DNA of 35,220 nucleotides from a virus, in IMG/VR virus record IMGVR_UViG_3300045988_171378; one strand, given 5' to 3'. The notes beneath the pieces were generated by a model. That model was given only the letters and a program-made list of their open reading frames with translations, ran no database searches and was not told the DNA's origin. This document shows, in pieces, positions 1 through 7,994 of the stretch (within the stretch, counting starts at the first letter, position 1; every line of letters begins with the position of its first letter). A program made the position numbers and the translations under genes.

Positions 1-99
1 ACCTCGAGCAAATAGCCGCCGCTTTGGGCGTATCTTTCGAGGCGTATTTTGTCGCCACCGACGGTACAAAAATATAAGGTAACGCTATGCAAAAAAAAG
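1..99. repeat. Terminal direct repeat, identical to nt 35122-35220 (closed circular or terminally redundant genome; unique length 35121 bp)
   Basis: Both ends read acctcgagcaaatagccgcc...aacgctatgcaaaaaaaag, 99/99 identical. Genes run seamlessly across the junction. Confidence 0.97.
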
Positions 100-440
100 A
101 GTGTAAATTTTCTAAAGACGAATTACATCAACTTTATATTGAGGAGAATAGAACTTTAAGGGAAATGTGTCCTATCCTCGGTATAAAATCAACTATTACT
201 GCAAGTAAAATTTTGCAATCCTATGGCATATCAACAAATCACAATGAGCGCATTGCCAATAAAACTAAGCAAAATATGTCTGATGATGATTTCAAAAATT
301 ATATAACTGATTTATATATCAACAGTGAATTATCGTTAAACGAAATAGGTAGAAGGTTAAATGTATGCGCTAAAGCTTTAAGAAATATTTTAAGCGATAT
401 AATATTCCTTTACGAGAAACAGCCTTTGCTAAATCCATAG
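87..440 (+). CDS. N-terminal DNA-binding part of an HNH homing endonuclease (two HTH-like repeats), cut off from the catalytic part by a 1-nt frameshift
   Basis: RBS taaggt lies upstream of the ATG. Internal repeat: LYIEENRTLREMCPILGIKSTITASKILQSYGIST vs LYINSELSLNEIGRRLNVCAKALRNIL. The second repeat continues (KRYNIPL) only in the reading frame of ORF 485..877. Confidence 0.6.
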   Translation: MQKKECKFSKDELHQLYIEENRTLREMCPILGIKSTITASKILQSYGISTNHNERIANKTKQNMSDDDFKNYITDLYINSELSLNEIGRRLNVCAKALRNILSDIIFLYEKQPLLNP

Positions 441-484
441 CTACACAAAAGGAACGTCACCCACGATGGCAGGGCGGTAAGCAT

Positions 485-877
485 GTGTGTAATAATGGCT
501 ACATAGAAGTTTATTGCCCAGAACACCCAAGAGCCAAATCAAGGAAATATGTTTACGAACATATTTTAGTTATGGAAAAACATATCGGACGATATTTATT
601 GCCTAATGAAATCGTCCACCATAAAAATGAAATTAAAACTGATAATCGCATAGAAAATTTGCAACTCATGACAAATAATGAACATGCGGCTTTACATGAT
701 ACAATACGAGAAAAAAAACATATAAATGTTTTAAATGGGGCATGGAGTAAAAAATATGAATGTTGCATTAACTGTGGTTCAACTACAGTTAAACATAAAG
801 GCAATGGCTTATGTGTTAACTGCTACGCTACAATGTTGCGCCACAAAAAGGAGGTGATGCCCTATGTCGAACATTAG
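485..877 (+). CDS. HNH endonuclease catalytic domain with C-terminal Cys4 zinc ribbon
   Basis: GYIEVYCPEHPRA...YVYEHILVMEKHIGRYLLPNEIVHHKNEIKTDNRIENLQLMTNNEHAALH is a His-Asn-His signature; CINCG...CVNC follows. The frame is open back to nt 374 and there encodes KRYNIPLRETAFAKSIATQKERHPRWQGGKH. The listed start is GTG. Confidence 0.85.
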   Translation: MCNNGYIEVYCPEHPRAKSRKYVYEHILVMEKHIGRYLLPNEIVHHKNEIKTDNRIENLQLMTNNEHAALHDTIREKKHINVLNGAWSKKYECCINCGSTTVKHKGNGLCVNCYATMLRHKKEVMPYVEH

Positions 878-888
878 AGCCGCACTCT

Positions 889-2304
889 ATGTTCGCGTTT
901 AACGCAAGCACGATGGAACAAGCGACCGACGGATATTCCATAGGCGAGCAAAAGGATAAATTACTGCACTACGCAAGTGCGCAAGGGTATGCTGTCGTCG
1001 ATACGTATTCCGACGAGGGCTTTTCCGGCAAAGATTTATTACGCCCGAATATGGAGCGAATGCTGAACGATATTCAGCACGGCAAGATAAATACCGTGCT
1101 GGTATATAAGCTTGACCGTCTTTCACGCCATGTCAAGGACGTATTAGAACTTGTCGAAACCTTTGATAAATGTAACGTAACTCTTTATTCGCTTTCGGAA
1201 AACTTCGATCTAGCCTCTCCTTTCGGCCGCGCGGCATTAAAAATGATGGCTACTTTTGCCGAACTTGAGCGCGAAACTATTGTAGAGCGCATGGAAATGG
1301 GCAAAATCGCAAGGGCCAAAGACGGCAAATATACATGTCCCGGAACGCGCTGCCCTTTCGGATACCGGCACGATAAGAAAAACGACCGTCTCCTCATTGA
1401 GGAATCCGAAGCCGAGATTATACGCAAGATATTCGATTTATACGTTAATCACGGATATACCTTCAGAAAGCTATACGATTATTGCCGCGAAGCCTATCCG
1501 GACGTTAAATATTTCAACAATCAAATGTGCTGCAAGCCTATAATCGAAAGGCCGCTGTACGCCGGCTATTTCCGTTACCGCGGCGGAGAACTTACAAAAG
1601 GGACTAATTTCGAAGCGATTATTTCTTACGAGCTTTTTCTCCAGGCGCAGGCGCAAGTTGACAGAAACCGTACTAAACGGCTTTCGGACAGCTCGCCCTA
1701 TTTGTTAACCGGACTTCTGATTTGCGGAAGGTGCGGAAACCGATACGTCGGCAAAATGTATGAGCGTTACACTAAAAAGCCGGACGGTACGCACACCAAG
1801 CATTACCGTTACCGGGATTACGGTTGCGCGGCCAGACTTAAGCGCGATAAAAATTATCACCCGGCAAAATGCGACAATGATATTTACCGCGCCGAGGAGC
1901 TGGAAAAAATCGTCGAGGATTACGTACTCAATCTGAATATTGACGATTACAACAAAGCCGACTTCTCCCCCGGCCTCATAGATAAAATGATGAGCGAAAT
2001 AGGCGCGATAAAACGCTCGCAAAGCAAACTGCTTGACCTGTATCTTTCCGGCGATATTGATAAGGATACTTTTCTTATAAGAAAAATCGAATACGATTCT
2101 AAAATTGCGGAGCTGCAAAATCTGATAGAAAAAGAAACTGAATCCGTACAGTCCGCGCCGACTAACGCTGAAGCGATTAAAAAGTCTATTGCAGAATACA
2201 GTATGCTCAACCGGCGACAAAAGCGCACGTTGCTAGAATATCTTATCAAAAATATCATAGTTGACGGCAGCAGAATCACAGTAAATTTACGGCTCAAAAA
2301 ATAA
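889..2304 (+). CDS. int: Large serine recombinase (phage integrase), 5' end disrupted
   Basis: Resolvase-type catalytic domain STMEQATDGYSIGEQ...VLVYKLDRLSRH...AELERETIVERM. This is followed by a recombinase domain, a Cys-rich zinc ribbon (CGRCGNRY...C...C) and a coiled coil. The canonical start MSNIRAALYVRV (ATG 864, RBS aaggaggtg) is in another frame and ends at TAA 900. Seven nt (900-906) separate YVRV from STMEQ. Confidence 0.85.
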   Translation: MFAFNASTMEQATDGYSIGEQKDKLLHYASAQGYAVVDTYSDEGFSGKDLLRPNMERMLNDIQHGKINTVLVYKLDRLSRHVKDVLELVETFDKCNVTLYSLSENFDLASPFGRAALKMMATFAELERETIVERMEMGKIARAKDGKYTCPGTRCPFGYRHDKKNDRLLIEESEAEIIRKIFDLYVNHGYTFRKLYDYCREAYPDVKYFNNQMCCKPIIERPLYAGYFRYRGGELTKGTNFEAIISYELFLQAQAQVDRNRTKRLSDSSPYLLTGLLICGRCGNRYVGKMYERYTKKPDGTHTKHYRYRDYGCAARLKRDKNYHPAKCDNDIYRAEELEKIVEDYVLNLNIDDYNKADFSPGLIDKMMSEIGAIKRSQSKLLDLYLSGDIDKDTFLIRKIEYDSKIAELQNLIEKETESVQSAPTNAEAIKKSIAEYSMLNRRQKRTLLEYLIKNIIVDGSRITVNLRLKK

Positions 2305-2314
2305 TTCAACTTAA

Positions 2315-2352
2315 AAAAAGAGGCTTTTTTATAACAAAAACCTCTTTTTTTT
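2315..2352. terminator. Hairpin terminator after int
   Basis: AAAAAGAGG (2315-2323) pairs with CCTCTTTTT (2341-2349). There is an A-run upstream and a T-run downstream. Confidence 0.55.
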
Positions 2353-2470
2353 CTTGACAAATATATTTAACGGCTCTAAAATAGAGGTGAAGCTCAGAAA
2401 AATTGAATAGTCCATTGGCGCAATAATGAAGTAACGCTATAAATATTAACTTCAATAGGGCGATAAAATA

Positions 2471-2683
2471 TTATATCGGAAACATAAGCTCAATATCGAA
2501 ATCCAGGCCGTTTTCCTCGGCCGAATCCCAGCAAGCTATAAGCTCAAGACACTCTACATAAGCGGTTTTCTCTCCGTAAATAAAATCGGTATCAACGACT
2601 TCTGAATCGTACAGTTCGCGCAAATGACTTTTAACCGTTTCGATAACGTACTTCAATGCTTCTTCAGCTTTCATCTTTTGCAT
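2471..2683 (-). CDS. Small acidic hypothetical protein (70 aa)
   Basis: RBS ggggga upstream of the ATG. It is divergent from 2792..3187. No recognisable motif. Confidence 0.55.
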   Translation of the reverse strand: MQKMKAEEALKYVIETVKSHLRELYDSEVVDTDFIYGEKTAYVECLELIACWDSAEENGLDFDIELMFPI

Positions 2684-2791
2684 AATTCAATCCCCCACTG
2701 TATGTGCTGAATAAATTATATCTTATTTATATATCAGGATTTTCGCCCACTAAGGGCCTAATCAAATATTTTTTACAAAGGAAGTTGAAAA

Positions 2792-3187
2792 ATGAAACAC
2801 TATCAAAAGGTTAAACCGACGGAAAGACTGATTTTAAAAGCCCTTGTCGCTAAAGACGATAATCCCGAAATAACCGAAGCATTCAGCAGGGCTCTGGACT
2901 TTTTCGACAGCTACGACAAGGTCGAACACACGGCGCACGCGGAGGTCATGCGAAAAATTTATCTGAATAATAACTGTTATAAATACTCCAACAGCACGCA
3001 CGGACTGCCGAGAAAAACCGGCGTACCAAGCAGAACGCTCTGCCGATACAGAAAAAAATACCTGTCGTATCTTTACATGTTTTATTGCCGCCTGACCGGC
3101 AACGAATACACCGACAACATTACGAGCTTTTTTATACTGTTAAAACAAAAATTCAGTAAACAAAAACACGGAGGAAAAACACAATGA
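2792..3187 (+). CDS. Putative transcriptional regulator (HTH-like segment GVPSRTLCRYRKKYL)
   Basis: RBS aaaggaag. ATGA overlap with the next gene. The assignment rests only on a weak HTH-like motif. Confidence 0.4.
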   Translation: MKHYQKVKPTERLILKALVAKDDNPEITEAFSRALDFFDSYDKVEHTAHAEVMRKIYLNNNCYKYSNSTHGLPRKTGVPSRTLCRYRKKYLSYLYMFYCRLTGNEYTDNITSFFILLKQKFSKQKHGGKTQ

Positions 3188-3423
3188 ACAACGAAACGGA
3201 TATAATCAAACAAGAGCTGCGATATGCTATAATAAACAAGCGCGCCGAGCTCGATATTCCGCAAACAAAAATGGCCGAGCTTTTGGGAATTTCGCCGAGA
3301 AGCTACGTTGATATCGAGCACGGTATCAGCATACCGCGCACGCAAACTTTAATTAAATTCATGTGCCTGTTTAAGGACGACGCAATGAGGCTAATTGACA
3401 AAATTATTTTCAAACTGAACTAA
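3184..3423 (+). CDS. XRE-family HTH protein (79 aa)
   Basis: QTKMAELLGISPRSYVDIEHGISIPRTQTLIKF is a typical XRE helix-turn-helix. RBS ggagga upstream. Confidence 0.75.
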   Translation: MNNETDIIKQELRYAIINKRAELDIPQTKMAELLGISPRSYVDIEHGISIPRTQTLIKFMCLFKDDAMRLIDKIIFKLN

Positions 3424-3440
3424 TAAAGAATATTAAAAAT

Positions 3441-3474
3441 AAAAGCCTACGGAATTACTCCGTAGGTCTTTTTT
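3441..3474. terminator. Bidirectional rho-independent terminator between convergent genes
   Basis: CCTACGGA (3446-3453) / TCCGTAGG (3459-3466) with a 5-nt loop. A-run upstream and T-run downstream. It overlaps the stop codon of 3455..4372. Confidence 0.75.
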
Positions 3475-4372
3475 CATTAAGCTTTTTAGCATACCAAGCG
3501 TCGAATTGCTTTAAAACGTCGGCCTTGCGGGCATAGTGGGAAACGACGGTAGTTGTTATATCAGAATAGCCATCGAAATAAGACATGTACGAACGCCCCA
3601 CAATATAGCCGAGCTTGAATACTATAATACCTATCCCAAGCCAGCCCCACGTCGCTACGTCCTTAACGCCCATTAGCGCCATTAAAAAAACGCTTACCCA
3701 CCAGGATATGGCGCTCTTTCCTTTACGAATTTTCGCCATATCGCTCTCGCTTCTTCCGAGATCGGTCATGTCGTCGTTCTTGTTTCCGGATAAAAGGGTA
3801 TTGACGTCAATCCCCTTTACTCTCGCCGCCTTAGCCTCCAGCACGTAAACCGCGCGCTCCTTACCGAGCAGCATTCGCAGCTCTTTTTTTGGCAACGCTT
3901 TAAGCGGCGGTAAAACTTCTTTATCCGGCCCGTAAGTTTCTGCATCAAACCGCTCGAAGGATACTGCCGCCCGTTGCAATATACCGCTTTGAATCGTTTT
4001 AAGCGCCGCGTCATTATACGCTGCGCAAAATTCAGATAACCGGTCAAGCTGATCGCCCGTAAGCGCATTGGCCGCAGTCGAATAACTTTGCAAGGTGTCA
4101 ATATACTTCCTTTCTTTTTTCCCGGCGAACGTGCCTTTCGTGTAAAAATTCGCATTCAGCAGCATAGCTGCAAGAAAAAACGGCAGACACTCAATGCAGA
4201 TATCAAGTATAGAACGCCACGTTATCTCTTTTAGCTCGATCGCGCCGAGATTCAGCAAAAGCATAGCTATGACTATGCCAACGGCTATTATGTCGAAAAT
4301 TCTGTCTTTGATACCGCCCTTAAACGACTGCTTAAAATCGTTATACGTTTCCGCCGGATTCTTCTCCGCCAT
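3455..4372 (-). CDS. Membrane protein (hydrophobic helices at both ends, large soluble middle); last gene of the late operon
   Basis: RBS gaggaggggg. Hydrophobic stretches IFDIIAVGIVIAMLLLNLGAI, CLPFFLAAMLL, ISWWVSVFLMALMGV and WLGIGIIVFKLGYIV. Confidence 0.7.
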   Translation of the reverse strand: MAEKNPAETYNDFKQSFKGGIKDRIFDIIAVGIVIAMLLLNLGAIELKEITWRSILDICIECLPFFLAAMLLNANFYTKGTFAGKKERKYIDTLQSYSTAANALTGDQLDRLSEFCAAYNDAALKTIQSGILQRAAVSFERFDAETYGPDKEVLPPLKALPKKELRMLLGKERAVYVLEAKAARVKGIDVNTLLSGNKNDDMTDLGRSESDMAKIRKGKSAISWWVSVFLMALMGVKDVATWGWLGIGIIVFKLGYIVGRSYMSYFDGYSDITTTVVSHYARKADVLKQFDAWYAKKLNEKRPTE

Positions 4373-4808
4373 TCTGCGCCCCCTCCTCGATCAGCTTTTG
4401 GGTTGTGGTAAACACAAATCCTGCGTGTTTATAATCTTGCGCGCTCTCCGGGAAAGCTTTTTCGATAAACCTATACCACCGCTTGAAAGTCAGTTCGTCA
4501 ATGCCGCTTGCCGCTATTGTAGCAATGCAAACGTATTTGACAGGCAATATTATATGCTCTATCAACACGCACAGTATCAGCACGGCTATCGATATAATAA
4601 GTGCTGACGGACTTTTGAACTTCTCGGCAATTTTATCCTTAAAGAACAGTGCGGCTATCAGGATTGCAAACAAGCCCGCAGCAGATATCGCCGTTTCAGT
4701 TCTGTGCACGAAAAAATCACCGCAGCACGCCAGCGTTATTAAAGGAGTACCGACAGTAAGCGCTGTCGATACTCCTTTAAACGCGTTATATTTAGCTACG
4801 CTTTTCAT
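4341..4808 (-). CDS. Multi-pass membrane protein (holin-like by position only)
   Basis: RBS gggggt. About four hydrophobic helices (ALTVGTPLITLACC, AAGLFAILIAALFF, ALIISIAVLILCVLIEHIIL, ICIATIAASGI). Confidence 0.65.
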   Translation of the reverse strand: MKSVAKYNAFKGVSTALTVGTPLITLACCGDFFVHRTETAISAAGLFAILIAALFFKDKIAEKFKSPSALIISIAVLILCVLIEHIILPVKYVCIATIAASGIDELTFKRWYRFIEKAFPESAQDYKHAGFVFTTTQKLIEEGAQNGGEESGGNV

Positions 4809-4810
4809 AC

Positions 4811-5359
4811 TTACCCCCGCATCACTACGACGGACGGCTCTCCCGCCGCCACGATTTTATCGACGTTTTCCGTGCTCTTTTCCGCCTCCTCCGCGATAGC
4901 CGCTATTTTGGCCCTTAATTCAGCGTTTTCCTTCGCTATCGCCGCCCTGGTACCGGTTTCGCTGTACTTGGCGTTATTGATAACGTTATTTACATCTGTG
5001 CGCGTTTTTGCATTGGACGTAGCTCCGTTTTTTATATACTCCACTTCCAACACTGCGTTCGTTTTCGTCAAAATCCTGTCCGCCGTCTCCAGCGTTTCCT
5101 CGACCTTTTCACTCAAAACGTTATGCCCTTTCTCCAAAGCTCGTACTATATCCGCAAGCGCTTTATTCTGCTCCATAAGCGCCTTTAACTCCCTCGTCGC
5201 CGCAGTGTTCTCCTTTGCGCTTTTGCGCGTCTTTATAGTCAAAATTACGCTTATAATCGCGCTCAAAAAGCCTGACGACGTTATAAACGTTATAAACGCG
5301 GTTGAATGCTCCAGCACGTATCTCCATACCATAGAAAAAAATTCGTACATTTCAATCAT
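4811..5359 (-). CDS. N-terminal transmembrane anchor plus long coiled coil protein
   Basis: TM segment AFITFITSSGFLSAIISVILTI is followed by heptad-like helical sequence. The start may be the ATG at 5350, which has better spacing to GGAGG. Confidence 0.65.
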   Translation of the reverse strand: MIEMYEFFSMVWRYVLEHSTAFITFITSSGFLSAIISVILTIKTRKSAKENTAATRELKALMEQNKALADIVRALEKGHNVLSEKVEETLETADRILTKTNAVLEVEYIKNGATSNAKTRTDVNNVINNAKYSETGTRAAIAKENAELRAKIAAIAEEAEKSTENVDKIVAAGEPSVVVMRG

Positions 5360-5829
5360 ACCTCCTCGAGTTTATCGTCAACCCATGCCGGCCGCGCGGG
5401 TATCGTCTTAGTTTCCGTCACATCTAACCAGGCATTATACCAATCGGACAATTCTATTTCTTGATCACTTGTCAATCTGTCGTACCAAAGTTTCCCTCGG
5501 TTGACGACGGGAAAACACTCTGAAGCGCGCCGGCCGCGCAGTACCGTCAGCTCGCGTTCGGCAAGCTCTTCGGGCGTATAGGGTATATATACCTGTATAT
5601 CCTCGTACTCGTCATACGCCTCTCTTGCTTCCTGCGGCTCTATATCCCATACCCATTCCACGTCTTTTCCGCCGTTAGGATATTCTGTCAGAGTTTCATA
5701 ATGCCCCTCGCCCTTTCGCTCTTCTACTGCTTCGTGATGCGCCACAAAAAGCTTGTCCGATTTTAAATAACCCAACGCTAAATCATAGTTTTCTAAAACC
5801 GCAGTTTTTGTTTCGTTGTATACTTTCAT
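5356..5829 (-). CDS. Putative tail-fibre assembly/chaperone-like protein
   Basis: Start refined to MKVYNETK (RBS taaggaggt). C-terminal LSDWYNAWLDVTETKTIPARPAWV resembles the W..L.d....P..P.W ending of phage fibre-assembly proteins. It lies directly downstream of the fibre genes. Confidence 0.4.
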   Translation of the reverse strand: MKVYNETKTAVLENYDLALGYLKSDKLFVAHHEAVEERKGEGHYETLTEYPNGGKDVEWVWDIEPQEAREAYDEYEDIQVYIPYTPEELAERELTVLRGRRASECFPVVNRGKLWYDRLTSDQEIELSDWYNAWLDVTETKTIPARPAWVDDKLEEV

Positions 5830-5842
5830 TATTTTTACCTCC

Positions 5843-6331
5843 TTAAGCCGTTCTTTTCCAAGCATAAACTGCTAAGTACGGCGGCATTATACTGAAAGGC
5901 TGACCGCCGCCGCTTTCCGTCATATCTCCGGCCTCTTGGGTGCTGTACCCGGTACCGCCAAGTATATAACCGTCGCCCCCGACCGTACCCTCACGGGTAT
6001 AGATAATATTATGCTTATGCTTTGCCAATTCCTCAAGCGTCATAGTATGTGTTGCGCTGCCTCCCGTACTGCCTGCCGCGTATGTTGTTCCTGCCGCTAG
6101 CGGAAAAACGTCCTGGATTCTTGTCCAGCTCCCGCCTATAAAGCTTGCCGGTGAATTATTATTGACCGACATGTAAATGCTGCCAACCGGATAAAGCAGA
6201 TTAAGCAGCGCGGACTTTGCGCCCGTCCCAAACGTTTTTGTTTCCACTTGATTAAACGCTCCGACCGTTCCGGCCGCGCTTACCGTAAAGTTTCCTTTCA
6301 CCTCTACGTCCTGATAAATTACGTTCTCCAT
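5843..6331 (-). CDS. Tail-collar-domain fibre protein
   Basis: PVGSIYMSVNNNSPASFIGGSWTRI and GGSATHTMTLEELAKHKHN match the phage tail collar pattern. Confidence 0.6.
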   Translation of the reverse strand: MENVIYQDVEVKGNFTVSAAGTVGAFNQVETKTFGTGAKSALLNLLYPVGSIYMSVNNNSPASFIGGSWTRIQDVFPLAAGTTYAAGSTGGSATHTMTLEELAKHKHNIIYTREGTVGGDGYILGGTGYSTQEAGDMTESGGGQPFSIMPPYLAVYAWKRTA

Positions 6332-6346
6332 AATTTCTTTCTCCTT

Positions 6347-6850
6347 TTATGTAATATTGATTTTGAATGCTACAGCAACGTTGCTGTAAAGCCGTACTTC
6401 TCCGGTCGATGAATTTACATTGATGCCGAAATCTATTTTATTTCCGCTGTTGTCATACGTCATGACCGTCGGGTTATAACCTTTACCGTGCGTTTCTTCC
6501 GGTATTATGATTGTAAAAGGTGCGGCGCTGCCCTGCCACGCGCTTGCCGTATAGGTATTTACGTAAGGGGCCGCTCCTCCCGACGCCGGTATATGCCAAT
6601 TTCCATCACTATATATCCATAACCTGAAAGTCTGAATCACGTAATAAAGCTTGTTTTCTATAGGCGACAGTAACGCCTCTCGCTCACTCTCCGCTGCGAG
6701 CGGGATTATATCCGTAATTTCAATTCGGTCGCCGTTTAACGAGTCGAAATAAAGCCTTTTGGTGTCCCTGACGTATATTACCTGCCCGGCCGTTTTGGAT
6801 ATACTGTTAAGCGCCGACGATATCGTTTCGCCCGATTGCATTAAAGCCAT
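6347..6850 (-). CDS. Tail fibre-associated protein
   Basis: N-terminal motif VIYVRDTKRLYFDSLNG is paralogous to ALYFVSDTHRVYKGGTLY of the upstream fibre gene. RBS gaggagg. Confidence 0.45.
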   Translation of the reverse strand: MALMQSGETISSALNSISKTAGQVIYVRDTKRLYFDSLNGDRIEITDIIPLAAESEREALLSPIENKLYYVIQTFRLWIYSDGNWHIPASGGAAPYVNTYTASAWQGSAAPFTIIIPEETHGKGYNPTVMTYDNSGNKIDFGINVNSSTGEVRLYSNVAVAFKINIT

Positions 6851-6863
6851 AATCTTTTCCTCC

Positions 6864-7994
6864 TCACGTCGTAAGATTTCTCCAGGTCAGCGCCGAAACA
6901 ACCGCGCTCTCTGACGGTATCTTGCTTGCCGACGGATTACTTGCAGAAAGCGTAGTCGTTATGCTGGAAGTATCTACTTTCCCGCTAAGACTGCTTTGAA
7001 CTGCGTTTATACTGCCCTGCAAAGCTTGTCGCACCGCCGCGACCGCAGCTTCCGTAGCTAACACGTCGGGCGATGGGATTGACGCTATCGTTGCGCCGCC
7101 TATCGTCGCGCCGCTGACCTCTATGTCGCCCGACGTTTGCGATATTATTACCTCGCCTCCGCGGCCTGAAGGCAAGACATCCAGCTTGCCCGTAGGCGCA
7201 GGCGCGTATAGCCCGTCCGTTTTTGCTTCAAGGATATTATCCGAACTCGAGGACAGCTTTACATTGGCGGTAATTTCATTGCTTGCCGATACTCCGACGG
7301 TAACCGTTGCTGTGCTTCCGCCCGTATACACATCCACTAGCGCCTCTGCCGGTATCTTTATGACCGAGCCGTCCTTCAAAGTAAGCTCTATATCCTTTGT
7401 GGTGGGATTGTACGAACCCGATACTATGAAATTATCCTGCGGAAGATTAACTACGACTGGCTCGTCCACGCACGACATTCTGAAAGTCAGCGTCAGATTA
7501 TCCTTATCGTATTCGACCGACGAAACGAGATCGCTTAAGTGCAGCCTTTCCGTACTCCCTCCGCCCTTCGTTATGATTAGGTCGCGCTCGTCATTACCCG
7601 TGCTGCTTGTCGCCGCGTCTTTCGCTTCGTATGCTATGCTCGTTATTATCCCGCCCGAACCGATAGCCGTCTCCAGCGCGTTTGTCACGTATGCCGCCAC
7701 CGCCTTTGCTGTCGTTAGCTTTTCCGATGTTTCCGTCACCGTACCCGTGAAGCCTTTAGCTACCGTTACCCATGCTCCGTTCTGCCAGATGCGGCCCTCG
7801 AGATCGCTTTCCGCGATATAGACAACTCCGACCTCGCCGCTTGCAGGAAAGGATGATACCAGCTCTATTTTACCGGTATACAGCGTTCCTCCTTTATACA
7901 CACGGTGCGTATCGCTCACAAAATAAAGCGCGTCGCCGTCCTTATTCGCCAGCCCGTCGTAGGCGCTTTGCAAAATTGTATTAAACGTTACCAT
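6864..7994 (-). CDS. Tail fibre protein
   Basis: Ser/Thr/Gly/Ala-rich beta-type sequence with an N-terminal LYFVSDT..VYKG motif. Position in the tail module. Confidence 0.55.
   Translation of the reverse strand: MVTFNTILQSAYDGLANKDGDALYFVSDTHRVYKGGTLYTGKIELVSSFPASGEVGVVYIAESDLEGRIWQNGAWVTVAKGFTGTVTETSEKLTTAKAVAAYVTNALETAIGSGGIITSIAYEAKDAATSSTGNDERDLIITKGGGSTERLHLSDLVSSVEYDKDNLTLTFRMSCVDEPVVVNLPQDNFIVSGSYNPTTKDIELTLKDGSVIKIPAEALVDVYTGGSTATVTVGVSASNEITANVKLSSSSDNILEAKTDGLYAPAPTGKLDVLPSGRGGEVIISQTSGDIEVSGATIGGATIASIPSPDVLATEAAVAAVRQALQGSINAVQSSLSGKVDTSSITTTLSASNPSASKIPSESAVVSALTWRNLTT

Noticed and set aside
891-912. Programmed +1 frameshift or hop rescuing the integrase at GTT TAA C
   Set aside because: There is no slippery codon pairing, no upstream SD-like stimulator and no downstream structure. 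A +1 shift would also insert two residues between the catalytic Arg and Ser. A 7-nt lesion is the simpler reading.
7123-7821. Long antisense or alternative-frame track ORFs inside large genes. Examples: 553..804, 899..1126, 1705..2220, 1947..2360, 3817..4155, 4194..4607, 4483..4899, 4872..5411, 7123..7821, 7905..8345, 9076..9501, 16505..17293, 16822..17232, 21677..22097, 23223..23684, 29576..30279.
   Set aside because: They lack RBSs and have low-complexity or Arg/Ser/Cys-rich composition typical of non-coding frames. They overlap genes with strong RBSs, motifs and tight operon packing.
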